The position numbers and the translations under genes are program-made. From Candidatus Hadarchaeum sp. (GTDB lineage: Archaea; Hadarchaeota; Hadarchaeia; Hadarchaeales; Hadarchaeaceae): DNA of 64,000 nt. The first letter of the stretch is position 1; the number at the start of each line of letters is the position of its first letter. The stretch lies in the NCBI RefSeq assembly GCF_038871235.1, contig NZ_JAVZIN010000001.1:71926-135925 (forward strand). The letters run 5' to 3'. Shown here piece after piece: positions 37,584 through 46,858 of this stretch. The notes beneath the pieces are model-generated. The model was not told the origin of the DNA. It did not search any database and saw nothing but the letters and a program-made list of their open reading frames with translations.

Positions 37584-38554
37584 CAGCTTTCACCCCCTCT
37601 TGAAAGCAGCAGGAGAAAGACCGGCGCTCCGCAAAGCGATGTGATTATGCCCAGTGGAATTTCACCGGCGGTAATGGCTCTGGCGATGGTGTCAAAGACA
37701 ATCATGAGCGTGGCGCCCAAGATCAGAGAAGCCGGGACAATCCGGCTGTTATCGGCGCCGAATATTTTCCGAGACATGTGTGGTACGATCAGGCCCACCC
37801 AAGCGATAACTCCGGCCACCGAGGTGACCGCCGCAGCGGCCAGTACGGCAAAAACAACCACCACGGCGCGTAGCTTCCCCGGATCGGAACCCAGTGAAAA
37901 GGTGACGTCATCCCTCAAGGTGAGCAGATTAATCCTCCAGCGAATTATCAGAAGCCCTGTAATTCCACAAAGAGTCAGCGGTAGCATGTAAATCAGGTCA
38001 TTCCACCGCACCCCGGAGAGACCACCCAGCAGCCAGAAGGTCAGTGCCGGAAGCTGGTTCAGCGGATCGGCCATGGTCTTGATAACCCCGACCCCGCCGG
38101 AAAACATCGCCGAGACCGCAATCCCAGCCAGAACCAGCCTGAGGATTTTTCCACCGTATTTTATTGACGAAGACAGCGTGTAGGCGACCAGAAGCGCCAG
38201 CAACCCGAACACGGTTGACGACGCCTCGATGACGAACGGCGAGTTTACCAAAAACAGGATGGCCAGCGCCGCACCGAAGGCCGAACCCTGGCTCACGCCA
38301 AGCAGGCTTGGCTCCACCAGCGGATTTTTAAACGCCGACTGCAAAGCCGCGCCCGCCGCCGAGAGCGCCATTCCCAGCAGAACCGCGGCGAGTATTCTCG
38401 GCAATCTAATGTTGAAAATTATTTCCGCGCCCAAGCCACTAGAGATCAAATCCCGAATATCCGCTGCGTATCTGCCCGCGAATAGGGAAACAAAGAAAAC
38501 CGCCAGCAAAACGACCGTTATCGCCAGAAAGCGGAAGTGGTGCCTCATGTCCAT
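37583..38554 (-). CDS. ABC transporter permease (FecCD/BtuC family)
   Basis: 323 aa, about 9 TM. Confidence 0.8.
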   Translation of the reverse strand: MDMRHHFRFLAITVVLLAVFFVSLFAGRYAADIRDLISSGLGAEIIFNIRLPRILAAVLLGMALSAAGAALQSAFKNPLVEPSLLGVSQGSAFGAALAILFLVNSPFVIEASSTVFGLLALLVAYTLSSSIKYGGKILRLVLAGIAVSAMFSGGVGVIKTMADPLNQLPALTFWLLGGLSGVRWNDLIYMLPLTLCGITGLLIIRWRINLLTLRDDVTFSLGSDPGKLRAVVVVFAVLAAAAVTSVAGVIAWVGLIVPHMSRKIFGADNSRIVPASLILGATLMIVFDTIARAITAGEIPLGIITSLCGAPVFLLLLSRGGES

Positions 38555-38556
38555 CT

Positions 38557-39678
38557 CTACAAATCCCCGGTGATCTGCTGCATGATCTCACCGGCCCCTA
38601 CCTCATCGAGACCATACATTTCCCTGTAGAACTGCCTCACCTCAGCCGTCAGATCCAGCTCCGTGAAGATGGTAGGCTGGATTTTCTTGGCCATCCAAAG
38701 CTGTCCCAGTATCCACCGGGAGTTTGGAGTATCCCAGCTTCCAATCGCGATCAAATGGGAATCATCCGGTACCGCATAAACCCGGCCCTCCTTAACCGCG
38801 GCCACATCTCTCCAGAGTGGATCATGGAGGATGTTTTCCTTGACGCTGGCTGGAGAAGGATTATCAGAATAGGTAACGATGAAGATGATCTCCGGATTCC
38901 ACTGTGCAATCTGTTCGAATGACACTGTGTTCCATCCCCCGCCGCCGAGTTCTTTGGACAGCGGGTAACCTCCGGCCACTTCAATCATCATTGTCTGCAG
39001 CCAGCGAGATCCCGGCGCGTTGAACGAGATGGTTCCTCCCTTGACGCTGTAAAATAGGAAGAGAGTTCGAGGTCTATTCGACAGCGGTAAGGAGGAGGTC
39101 TTGGAGAGAACGTAGCGGTATTTCTCCTCATAGTAGCCAGCGATTTTGTTGGCTCGAGGCTCTTCACCAAACAACTTCCCCATCAGCCTGACATCGCGGA
39201 GATAGCTGTCGATGTTCTCCAGATCAACATAGACCACGCTGATGCCGAGGGACTCTAGGGACTCAGCGACCTGGAGTTTTACCACCGTCTTGAATATCAC
39301 CAGATCAGGGTTCAGCTTGGCCAGCTCCTCGACGTTAGGGGCATCAGAGCCGGCGCCCAGATCACTGCTCACCGTCTTGGCGTCAATTGATGGATCGACC
39401 GCACGGAAAAGCGGCACGCTGGCGGTCCGCTGGTCCAGTCCATACAACACACTTCTGGCACTGGAAAACATGTAGGCCACGCTGGTGATGGGAAAGGCGC
39501 TCTTGCCGGTGATGATGACACGATCAACGGGAAGCTCGACCTGAACCGTCCTGCCGAGAGCATCGACAACGGAAATTGGCCCCGTTAACGGGGGATAGGA
39601 TGTCTGTCCGATAACCAGATAGGCGGCCACCACCACGACCAGTATCAGGACAATCGGAGAGATAAGATTCTTTTTCAT
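38557..39678 (-). CDS. periplasmic-type substrate-binding protein (BtuF/FepB class III)
   Basis: 373 aa with an N-terminal TM/signal. Confidence 0.6.
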   Translation of the reverse strand: MKKNLISPIVLILVVVVAAYLVIGQTSYPPLTGPISVVDALGRTVQVELPVDRVIITGKSAFPITSVAYMFSSARSVLYGLDQRTASVPLFRAVDPSIDAKTVSSDLGAGSDAPNVEELAKLNPDLVIFKTVVKLQVAESLESLGISVVYVDLENIDSYLRDVRLMGKLFGEEPRANKIAGYYEEKYRYVLSKTSSLPLSNRPRTLFLFYSVKGGTISFNAPGSRWLQTMMIEVAGGYPLSKELGGGGWNTVSFEQIAQWNPEIIFIVTYSDNPSPASVKENILHDPLWRDVAAVKEGRVYAVPDDSHLIAIGSWDTPNSRWILGQLWMAKKIQPTIFTELDLTAEVRQFYREMYGLDEVGAGEIMQQITGDL

Positions 39679-39791
39679 TCCCTTACACCAAGTTCCTTAA
39701 TTTTCAAACACTACTTTTTGTTAAACAATAATAGTATAAAAAAAGATATGTTAATTAAAAAAGGTTTACAGCTGGAGCACTCAAAATCAGA

Positions 39792-39904
39792 TGGTGGGCC
39801 CGGAGGGCTTCGAACCCTCGACCACCCGGTTTCCCCGGTCAACCTATGAGCCTCGCCCAACTTCTTCAGTTGTCGGGCGCTCCACCAGGCTGAGCTACGG
39901 GCCC
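39792..39904 (-). tRNA. tRNA-Met or Ile2 (CAU) with two introns (30/31 and 37/38)
   Basis: RNA GGGCCCGUAGCUCAGCCUGGUGGAGCGCCCG[ACAACUGAAGAAGUUGGGCGAG]GCUCAUA[GGUUGACCGGGGAA]ACCGGGUGGUCGAGGGUUCGAAGCCCUCCGGGCCCACCA. The mature anticodon arm is CCCGG/CUCAUAA/CCGGG. Confidence 0.55.
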
Positions 39905-39999
39905 ACAAAAAGCCATATGCAATCACTGCTAAAAAAAGTTTGCAAATCTCTAGCCCTGCTGAAAAAGTAGTCGTACCTGTTATGTAGCCATACTACATA

Positions 40000-40005
40000 T
40001 TTATA
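40000..40005 (+). promoter_or_regulatory. putative TATA box with adjacent inverted repeat (ATGTAG-N5-CTACAT, 39982-39998) upstream of ABC ATPase gene
   Basis: TTTATA sits about 20 bp upstream of the ATG at 40025. A perfect 6-bp inverted repeat lies immediately upstream. Confidence 0.25.
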
Positions 40006-40021
40006 GACATCGCCACATAGG

Positions 40022-40735
40022 TTGATGGTAAAAAGCCTGGTGGGCCGGATGAAAGAAGTGGTCAAGGTTGATGAGGTAACCAAGATCTACCGCATGGGTG
40101 AGGTTGACCTGCGGGCGCTGGACGGAGTGAGCTTAAAGATCATGCCCTCAGAAAATCTATCGATAATCGGTCCCTCGGGATCGGGAAAGTCCACCCTGCT
40201 GCACCTGATGGGCTGCCTGGACAGGCCGACCAGTGGCAGGATCTACATCGACGGTGTTGACACCTCGCAGCTCAATGGCACTAAGCTGGCCGAGATCAGA
40301 AGACACAAAATTGGCTTCGTCTTCCAGTTCTTTTACCTCATCCCGACGCTGAACGCCTTGGAAAATGTGGAACTGCCCATGATGTTCGCGGGTGTGAATG
40401 AAAGCGAGAGAAAAAAACGCGCCGCCGAGCTTCTGGAGCTGGTAAACCTGAAGGATCGGATGAAACACCGGCCCTCCGAGCTGAGCGGAGGCGAGAGGCA
40501 GAGAGTGGCCATAGCCAGAGCCTTGGCAAATAACCCCAAGATCGTGCTTGCCGACGAGCCCACCGGCAACCTCGACTCCCGTTCGGGCAGAGAAATCATT
40601 GACCTATTAAGAAGGTTGAACGAGGAGAAGGGGGTAACGCTGGTGATCGTGACCCATGATCCTTATATTGCCAGCACTATGAAGAGAACAATATATTTAA
40701 AGGATGGTCGAATCGTAAAGGAGGAGAGGAGATAA
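40022..40735 (+). CDS. ABC transporter ATP-binding protein (MacB/LolD type); ATG likely at 40025
   Basis: Walker A 'GPSGSGKST', 'LSGGERQRVAIARAL', 'LADEPTGNLD'. Confidence 0.8.
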   Translation: MMVKSLVGRMKEVVKVDEVTKIYRMGEVDLRALDGVSLKIMPSENLSIIGPSGSGKSTLLHLMGCLDRPTSGRIYIDGVDTSQLNGTKLAEIRRHKIGFVFQFFYLIPTLNALENVELPMMFAGVNESERKKRAAELLELVNLKDRMKHRPSELSGGERQRVAIARALANNPKIVLADEPTGNLDSRSGREIIDLLRRLNEEKGVTLVIVTHDPYIASTMKRTIYLKDGRIVKEERR

Positions 40736-40737
40736 TT

Positions 40738-41943
40738 ATGAAAAAAGCGATGTTGATGCTAACGGTCTCAGCTCTGGTCGCTCTGGCCATCATAGGGGGC
40801 GCGGGGTCGGCCTCGGCAGCTGATGGTTCGCTCAACTTGGGCTGGTCACTGCTCGATAACTACATCAGGCCGGGCGGAGAAACCACCCTGATAATTTCCA
40901 TTCAGAACGCCACGACCTCAAAAATTTACCACGTGGAAATCAGCTTTAAAACCGGGGATGAGCTTTCGCTTGACCCCTCCGATTTTTACCTCTATAGCAT
41001 TTCTCCGATGACTTCCCAGCTGACCTCGTTCAAGATCAAGGCAGGCGAAAATGCACCGCCCAAGGTCACCTATGTGGAAATCACGGCAAAATATCACGTC
41101 GGCAACGTCAGCGCCGAGGAAAACGAGCTCAAAATCTGGGTACCTGTAGTCATCAGGTCCGCACCGCTGCTGAAGATAGAGAAGATCGCGTTCGACAAAG
41201 ATCCAGTCAGCCCAGGCAGTGTTGTAACCGTTTCCTTTGAGGTGAAGAACTATGGTGATGGTCCAGCCAAGGATCTCATAGTTTCGCTGGACCAAGCTGC
41301 GGGTACTTTTGTCTCTGATCTGAACGAAAAATACGTGGGGGGGGTGCCGGTAAACGGCTCAGCAAAAATCTCCTTCAGGCTGAACATCAACCAGAACCTG
41401 AGCGCGGGAGTCTACTCGATCCCAATACTTTTGAGTTACTTGGATGAGACCAAGACACAGATTTTCACCGGCCGAGAATTTGCCGGGCTGAGGGTCTACG
41501 GCAGCATCAACCTGATAACCACGCTGAACTCACAGGACATGGTGGCGGCCGGTACCAGTGGCTCCATGGAAATAAAGATCGCCAACGCCGGGACGATGGA
41601 GGCTCAGTTCCTGCAGCTGAACTTTATCGGCTCCTCGGTCTTGGAAGATGTTTCGCCCACTAGCATCTATATCGGGCGCCTGAAATCCGACGACTACGAC
41701 ACCGAAAAAATATCCTTCCGGGTCAGCGGAAACGCGACCAAGGGGGTCTATCCTGTGAAGCTGGAGTTGGTCTACCAAGACCCGTTTGGCAAGGAGTTCA
41801 CCGAGGCCGAAACGGTGTACCTAACGGTGTTGTCTCAGGAGGACCTTAATAAAAATGTTGAAATTCCCCTCTGGCAGCTGGCCATCATTGGTCTAATTAT
41901 TGTCATCGTCGTCTACTCTTTCTGGCGTAAGAGGAGAAAATGA
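40738..41943 (+). CDS. secreted repeat-domain protein with C-terminal TM anchor
   Basis: 401 aa with a signal peptide, three repeats of about 110 aa (CARDB/DUF11-like) and a C-terminal hydrophobic helix with 'RKRRK'. Confidence 0.4.
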   Translation: MKKAMLMLTVSALVALAIIGGAGSASAADGSLNLGWSLLDNYIRPGGETTLIISIQNATTSKIYHVEISFKTGDELSLDPSDFYLYSISPMTSQLTSFKIKAGENAPPKVTYVEITAKYHVGNVSAEENELKIWVPVVIRSAPLLKIEKIAFDKDPVSPGSVVTVSFEVKNYGDGPAKDLIVSLDQAAGTFVSDLNEKYVGGVPVNGSAKISFRLNINQNLSAGVYSIPILLSYLDETKTQIFTGREFAGLRVYGSINLITTLNSQDMVAAGTSGSMEIKIANAGTMEAQFLQLNFIGSSVLEDVSPTSIYIGRLKSDDYDTEKISFRVSGNATKGVYPVKLELVYQDPFGKEFTEAETVYLTVLSQEDLNKNVEIPLWQLAIIGLIIVIVVYSFWRKRRK

Positions 41944-41946
41944 TGT

Positions 41947-43185
41947 ATGCTGAAGGGTTCCTTTATCCTGATCTTCAGGAACTTGACGCAGCGGAAGCTG
42001 AGGAGTTCCCTGACGACGCTGGGCGTCATCATCGGAATAGCGGCGATTGTCGGCATGGTCTCGGCCACTCAGGGAATCAGCAATTCCATCGGTGAACAGC
42101 TGGAAAAGCTACAGGGGAACAGAATCCTTATCACCTCGAGTAGCCGGGGTGGACTGTTCTCCCCCGGCACCGCCGGAGGATTGACGGAAAAGGATGTTGA
42201 AATTATTCAGAGGATCAACGGGGTCAGTGTCGCCTACGGCCAGCTTCAGACCTCGGCCCTCGTCATTTACGGGGGCGAAGGGCAGGGTCTGACCATCGTC
42301 GGGCTCTCGCCCAGCGATTTTGAAAGGCTGGACACCCTTGGCGTGGAGGTGGGGCGGTATCTCAAGGACTCCGATCGCTACGCCACCGTCATCGGCAATT
42401 CCGTGGCCTACGAAAAGTTCCAGAAGGAGGTTGGCCTGAGGAAGAAGCTGGTAATCAAGGACACCGAGTTTCAAGTCGTCGGCATCATGAACAAGGCTGG
42501 CGGCGCCCTGATGACCACCGACTCCACCGTTTATCTCCCCAAAGAGGCGATGAGGGAGGTATTCAACTTGCCCGAGGACCGTGTGGACTCAATTGTCGTG
42601 GGGGTAAAATCAGACGCGAACATCAACGAAGTGGCGGAGAGGATCTCCGAGGCCCTGCGCCGCTCCCACCGAGTCACCAAGAACAACGAAGACTTTACCG
42701 TGATAACGCCCGACTACGTCAAGAACATCGTGGGGCAGATAACCGGGCTGCTGTCCATCCTGCTGGGCGGCATCGCCGGCATCTCCCTGATCGTGGGGAC
42801 CATCGGCATCACCAACATCATGTTTGTCACCGTCTCCGAGAGGACGCGGGAAATTGGCGTGATGAAAGCGCTGGGATCGACCAACCGCGATATCCTGATG
42901 CTGTTCGTCTTGGAGTCCGGCATCATCAGCCTCATCGGTGGCGTCATCGGTGTGTTTGTAGGGCTAGGGCTTGGGGAGGGTCTGATATTCCTCTCCCGCA
43001 TGGCCATCAGCGGCACCACCATTGCCAACGGTGGTTTGAGTTCACTTCGTGCCAGTATAGCCATCATTCCAGAACTCATTGCCGGTGCCATTGCCCTTTC
43101 CTTCTTCGTGGGTGTTATCGCAGGATTTCTACCGGCCAGAAAGGCGGCCAACCTGAACCCCATCGAGGCCCTCCGCTACGAGTGA
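41947..43185 (+). CDS. ABC transporter permease, FtsX/MacB-like with large extracytoplasmic domain
   Basis: 412 aa with an N-terminal TM, a periplasmic domain and a C-terminal 3-TM FtsX module. Confidence 0.75.
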   Translation: MLKGSFILIFRNLTQRKLRSSLTTLGVIIGIAAIVGMVSATQGISNSIGEQLEKLQGNRILITSSSRGGLFSPGTAGGLTEKDVEIIQRINGVSVAYGQLQTSALVIYGGEGQGLTIVGLSPSDFERLDTLGVEVGRYLKDSDRYATVIGNSVAYEKFQKEVGLRKKLVIKDTEFQVVGIMNKAGGALMTTDSTVYLPKEAMREVFNLPEDRVDSIVVGVKSDANINEVAERISEALRRSHRVTKNNEDFTVITPDYVKNIVGQITGLLSILLGGIAGISLIVGTIGITNIMFVTVSERTREIGVMKALGSTNRDILMLFVLESGIISLIGGVIGVFVGLGLGEGLIFLSRMAISGTTIANGGLSSLRASIAIIPELIAGAIALSFFVGVIAGFLPARKAANLNPIEALRYE

Positions 43186-43245
43186 ACCTTTATGCCGCTG
43201 GCTCAAAGTTATTAGTTAAAAAATCTAACTGAGCGTGGTGCTGGC

Positions 43246-44223
43246 TTGGGGATAAAGATACTGACTCACGGCGACACCGATGGCATTTGCGCCGCCGCAC
43301 TGGCCCGATACCGGTTTCCCGATGCCGAGATTTGGTTCACCAGACCCATTAGGTTGCTAAGGGATCTGAACACCATCGAGCCGGGCACGGCGGTGATGAT
43401 CTTTGACGTGGCCATCGATGAAGCCAACAAGGATCAGATCTTCCAGCGGATGCGGGAGCTGGCCCAAAAGGATGAGGTTCTCTACGCGGATCATCACCCC
43501 CTCCCACCCGGAACTCTGAAAAGGGATTTCCCGGTGACGCAGTTTGCCCTTGATACTGGGGCAAGTTCTTCCGAGCTGGCCTTCAAGCTGCTCATTCAGG
43601 ACCCCAAATCTGACATGGACCGCGTCGCCCTCTGGGGAGCCATCGCCGACTACTGCTGGGACACCGAGTTCGTTCGGGGAAGGATGGACAAATACGACCG
43701 GAGAACCATCTACATGGAGGCGGGCCTGCTCACCCAGGGTCTGGGGGAAGCTGCCGGAGACTATCACTTCAAGAGGGATATCGTGATCAAGCTCGCCCAA
43801 GGAATACCGCCCACGGAGATGCCCGACCTGGTCGATCGAGCCCTGAAAGCTACCAAGAGGGAGTGGGACATCTACGAATATGTGAAGAAGCACGTTGTTG
43901 TTGAGGACAATATCGCCATCGTCTACGATCTCCCAGTAGGCAGCTTGGGAAAGGCTGCGCTTTACGCCTTGGGCATCACCGGAGTTGACGTCGGGATCTG
44001 CACCCGGGTAAAGAAGGACGATGTGGATATCAGCATCAGGCGCAGGACCGGGAGCAAGATAGACCTAAACGAGATGCTCCGCCACATCACGGCTAGGGTC
44101 GGTGGATCTGGCGGTGGGCATGAAGGGGCTGCCGGGGCCACCGTCCCAGTAAACCTGCTGGAGACATTTCTGGAGACGATAAAAAGGGAGGTTTCTCCCA
44201 TCAGTGGTTTGGGAACCGTTTAA
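43246..44223 (+). CDS. DHH-family phosphoesterase (NrnA-like)
   Basis: 'HGDTDGICAAAL' and 'YADHHP' DHH motifs. Confidence 0.6.
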   Translation: MGIKILTHGDTDGICAAALARYRFPDAEIWFTRPIRLLRDLNTIEPGTAVMIFDVAIDEANKDQIFQRMRELAQKDEVLYADHHPLPPGTLKRDFPVTQFALDTGASSSELAFKLLIQDPKSDMDRVALWGAIADYCWDTEFVRGRMDKYDRRTIYMEAGLLTQGLGEAAGDYHFKRDIVIKLAQGIPPTEMPDLVDRALKATKREWDIYEYVKKHVVVEDNIAIVYDLPVGSLGKAALYALGITGVDVGICTRVKKDDVDISIRRRTGSKIDLNEMLRHITARVGGSGGGHEGAAGATVPVNLLETFLETIKREVSPISGLGTV

Positions 44224-44230
44224 ACTCGCT

Positions 44231-45226
44231 TCAAAAAAGTTCGACCCACTTTCCCTTGCCCAGTTTTTTTGCCTTCTGATAAACGAACCAGTCGGTGGCG
44301 ATGTCCTGTATGGCGAGGCCGGTGGAATCGAACACGGTAATTTCATCGCGGGAAGTTCGACCTGGTTTTTTCTTGGTCACTATTTCACCGAGGTCTGCAT
44401 AGATATCGGACCTCGAGATCAAGCCTTTCGCCAGCGGGACGTTAACCTCTCCCCCATGAATCGCCTGCTCCACATCGTCGACGACCACCTTGGCGTGCAG
44501 GAGGATGGCCGGATCGAGCTCCTGTTTTCCCGGGGCATCGGCACCGATGGCGTTAATATGCGTACCGCTCCTGACATACTCGTTCATCAGGATGGGCTTC
44601 GTCGAGGGGGTGGTGGTTACTATAATGTCGGCTACCTCAACGGTTTCCTTCACCCTCCGAAAGACCTTCGTCTCCACCCCCAGCTCCTCGCGCATCTCAG
44701 CGGCAAAGCGCGAGGCATTTTTGGCATCGATATCGTTGACCCTGACCTCCTCTATCTTCAGCACCTCGTTCAGCCCCAGCAGCTGGGTCCTCGCCTGAAC
44801 TCCGGCGCCGAGCATCGCAACGACCTTGGAATCTCGCCGAGCCAAATACTTTGCCGCGACCGCCCCGCCGGCTCCGGTTCTCAGGTTGGTTATCAGTGTT
44901 CCATCCATGATGGTGAGGGGGGCGCCCGTCTTGGGGTCAAGCAGTAGTATCGTGGCCATGACTGTGGGCAACCGGTATTTTTTTGGATTTCTGGGGTGAA
45001 CGTTAACGATCTTGACACCTGCGGCGCCCATGTCCTCCAAGTAAGCGGGCATGACCCTGAAGTCGCCCCCGTACTTTTCAAAATTCACGTAGGACTTGGG
45101 CGGCATCTGGACCTTGCCCAGCCCCTTTGCCATGAAGGCCTTCTCGACCGCGTCTATAACTTCGCGCATCGAGATTAACCCCTCGATCTCCTTCTTTGAC
45201 AAAAGCAGGATTTTCATCTTTGGCAC
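44231..45226 (-). CDS. ornithine cyclodeaminase/mu-crystallin family protein (archaeal alanine dehydrogenase-like)
   Basis: 331 aa with a Rossmann 'VAMLGAGVQA'. Confidence 0.7.
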   Translation of the reverse strand: MPKMKILLLSKKEIEGLISMREVIDAVEKAFMAKGLGKVQMPPKSYVNFEKYGGDFRVMPAYLEDMGAAGVKIVNVHPRNPKKYRLPTVMATILLLDPKTGAPLTIMDGTLITNLRTGAGGAVAAKYLARRDSKVVAMLGAGVQARTQLLGLNEVLKIEEVRVNDIDAKNASRFAAEMREELGVETKVFRRVKETVEVADIIVTTTPSTKPILMNEYVRSGTHINAIGADAPGKQELDPAILLHAKVVVDDVEQAIHGGEVNVPLAKGLISRSDIYADLGEIVTKKKPGRTSRDEITVFDSTGLAIQDIATDWFVYQKAKKLGKGKWVELF

Positions 45227-45301
45227 CGATTACTGCTACCGGGACTAGGTTTTAACCGTTGCGCCTTAGCGCCCTATGGTAAGCGATCAAGGTTAGGAAA
45301 A

Positions 45302-45453
45302 TGGCGCCGGGGAGAGGACTCGAACCTCTGACCGCTCGGTTGCTGTGCCCAGACGTGTCGTCTTTTTTTATTGAGGTTCGTTCTTCATTCACATCCGGTT
45401 TAACAGCCGAGCACTCTACCTACTGAGCTGTCGGGCCGCAACGGAACCCCGGC
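45302..45453 (-). tRNA. tRNA-Asn (GUU) with two introns (near 8/9 and a ~58-nt intron at 37/38)
   Basis: RNA GCCGGGGU[UCCGUUGCGGCCCGAC]AGCUCAGUAGGUAGAGUGCUCGGCUGUUA[~58 nt]ACCGAGCGGUCAGAGGUUCGAGUCCUCUCCCCGGCGCCA. A second copy of the 5' acceptor half (GCCGGGGAAAU) lies immediately upstream at 45458-45464. Confidence 0.55.
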
Positions 45454-46028
45454 ATTTCCCCGGCACTTCTTACTTTTCCACCGAATTCATAAGCTTTTGC
45501 CCAGTTTATCCCTTGCCCCCTCAGGAGCAAACTGCCTCTGCTCAGCTTTACCTATTCAGCAGTCGACAATGGTTGCTCATGCTCCTCTCTTCGTCCAAGC
45601 GGGTTCCAAGCATTGAGTCAAAAATCGTACTGGGGAGTACGACACGGCTTTGTCTTTAAACCCATCAATCAGTACCGGGGAATACGAATTCTCAAAGACC
45701 GTTAGATCTGTGCGAGCACCTGAGCAGGCGAGCTAGAACCGAAATCGTCCAGCTGCTGATCGATAGAGTCGGGCCAATCGCGGGTCTGGCTAGGAGGGTA
45801 GGTGTCACTGAGGGTGCCGTTAGAAAGTGGCTGATCTCGACCCATCCATCCAATTTTACCCTGTTTTCATTGCTGATACTGGCCGCTTAAATTGAAAGAG
45901 AACGAGCTCTCGAGATACCGGAGCAGGATTTCCACAACTACTGAAAGGACCTCACCAATTTTATCAACCAAATTCATCTCCCACATAAACCAAGGCAGGG
46001 CCCCTACCGAACCGAAGGGTCTGGAATC

Positions 46029-46850
46029 TCATCGCCTCAAGGTGCCGGTTTCCGCCAGACGACGCAGCCCATCCTGCATTAATCGATAGGTTGCCCTCAA
46101 GCTAGAGTCATTGTCAAAATCGCCAATCGCCTTTTCAGCGCTCCTTCGGGACAGTTTGGAGAGACGCCTGGCCTCTGCGACCAAAAGCGGCATTGCCCTG
46201 ACGATGTTGTCCACAATGGTGATGTCCGCCGCCCGAGCCGTTCTTGACATGGGATTCAGGTCAATCGCAATCACGCGCTTACCGAGCCTCTTCAGGGCCT
46301 CCGTTCGGTCGCCGTCCTCCAGAGGAACCAGCACCACATCCGCGGCGGCTATTCCTCGCCTGTCAACCTTCCTCCGCTGGCTGTGTACTTCCCGGATCCT
46401 CGTGTAAAACCTAGGGTCGACTCCAAGAACCTCGCTGGCACCGTGTTGGCGTAGCCAGCGGGCGATGGCTCTCTCCCTCCCTCGTGAACCATGAAACAAG
46501 TTGACCTCAAGCTTCGCCCCAGTTACCCTCGAGAGCTCGACCAATTCCTCAGGGACAAGGGCCGCGGCATTTCCGTTGACAGAGATCACCGGCCGCTCAG
46601 CCAAGAGCAGCGCTGCGGCCGCGGCCTTTATCGCTCTTCTGGCCTCACGCGTGGTCCTTTCACTCAGCAGATAATCAAAGGCCTCCCCCCTTCCGTGCGC
46701 CGCCAGCCCTTCCTCGACGACCAGCCCCATCTTAAACCCATCCACGAGTTTTTTCCTTACCCTCAAGGACTCCGCCCGCGGATGCAGGGAAGAAATTTCA
46801 TCCATGGCTCTTCCTCCGGAGTCAAATTTACTTCCTGCTGATATCACCAA
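46029..46850 (-). CDS. possible archaeal phosphopantothenate synthetase (COG1701-like); start uncertain
   Basis: 273 aa. Tentative recall of the family from 'PVISVNGNAAALVPEE'. Confidence 0.35.
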   Translation of the reverse strand: MVISAGSKFDSGGRAMDEISSLHPRAESLRVRKKLVDGFKMGLVVEEGLAAHGRGEAFDYLLSERTTREARRAIKAAAAALLLAERPVISVNGNAAALVPEELVELSRVTGAKLEVNLFHGSRGRERAIARWLRQHGASEVLGVDPRFYTRIREVHSQRRKVDRRGIAAADVVLVPLEDGDRTEALKRLGKRVIAIDLNPMSRTARAADITIVDNIVRAMPLLVAEARRLSKLSRRSAEKAIGDFDNDSSLRATYRLMQDGLRRLAETGTLRR

Positions 46851-46858
46851 AAAGCTTT

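Noticed and set aside
45454-46028. RNase P RNA or SRP RNA in the long intergenic gap.
   Set aside because: I searched both strands by eye for the hallmark motifs (GGAAAGUCC / ACAGAA for RNase P, GGAAGG-AGCA for SRP helix 8). I found none. The gap is kept only as an unexplained non-coding stretch.
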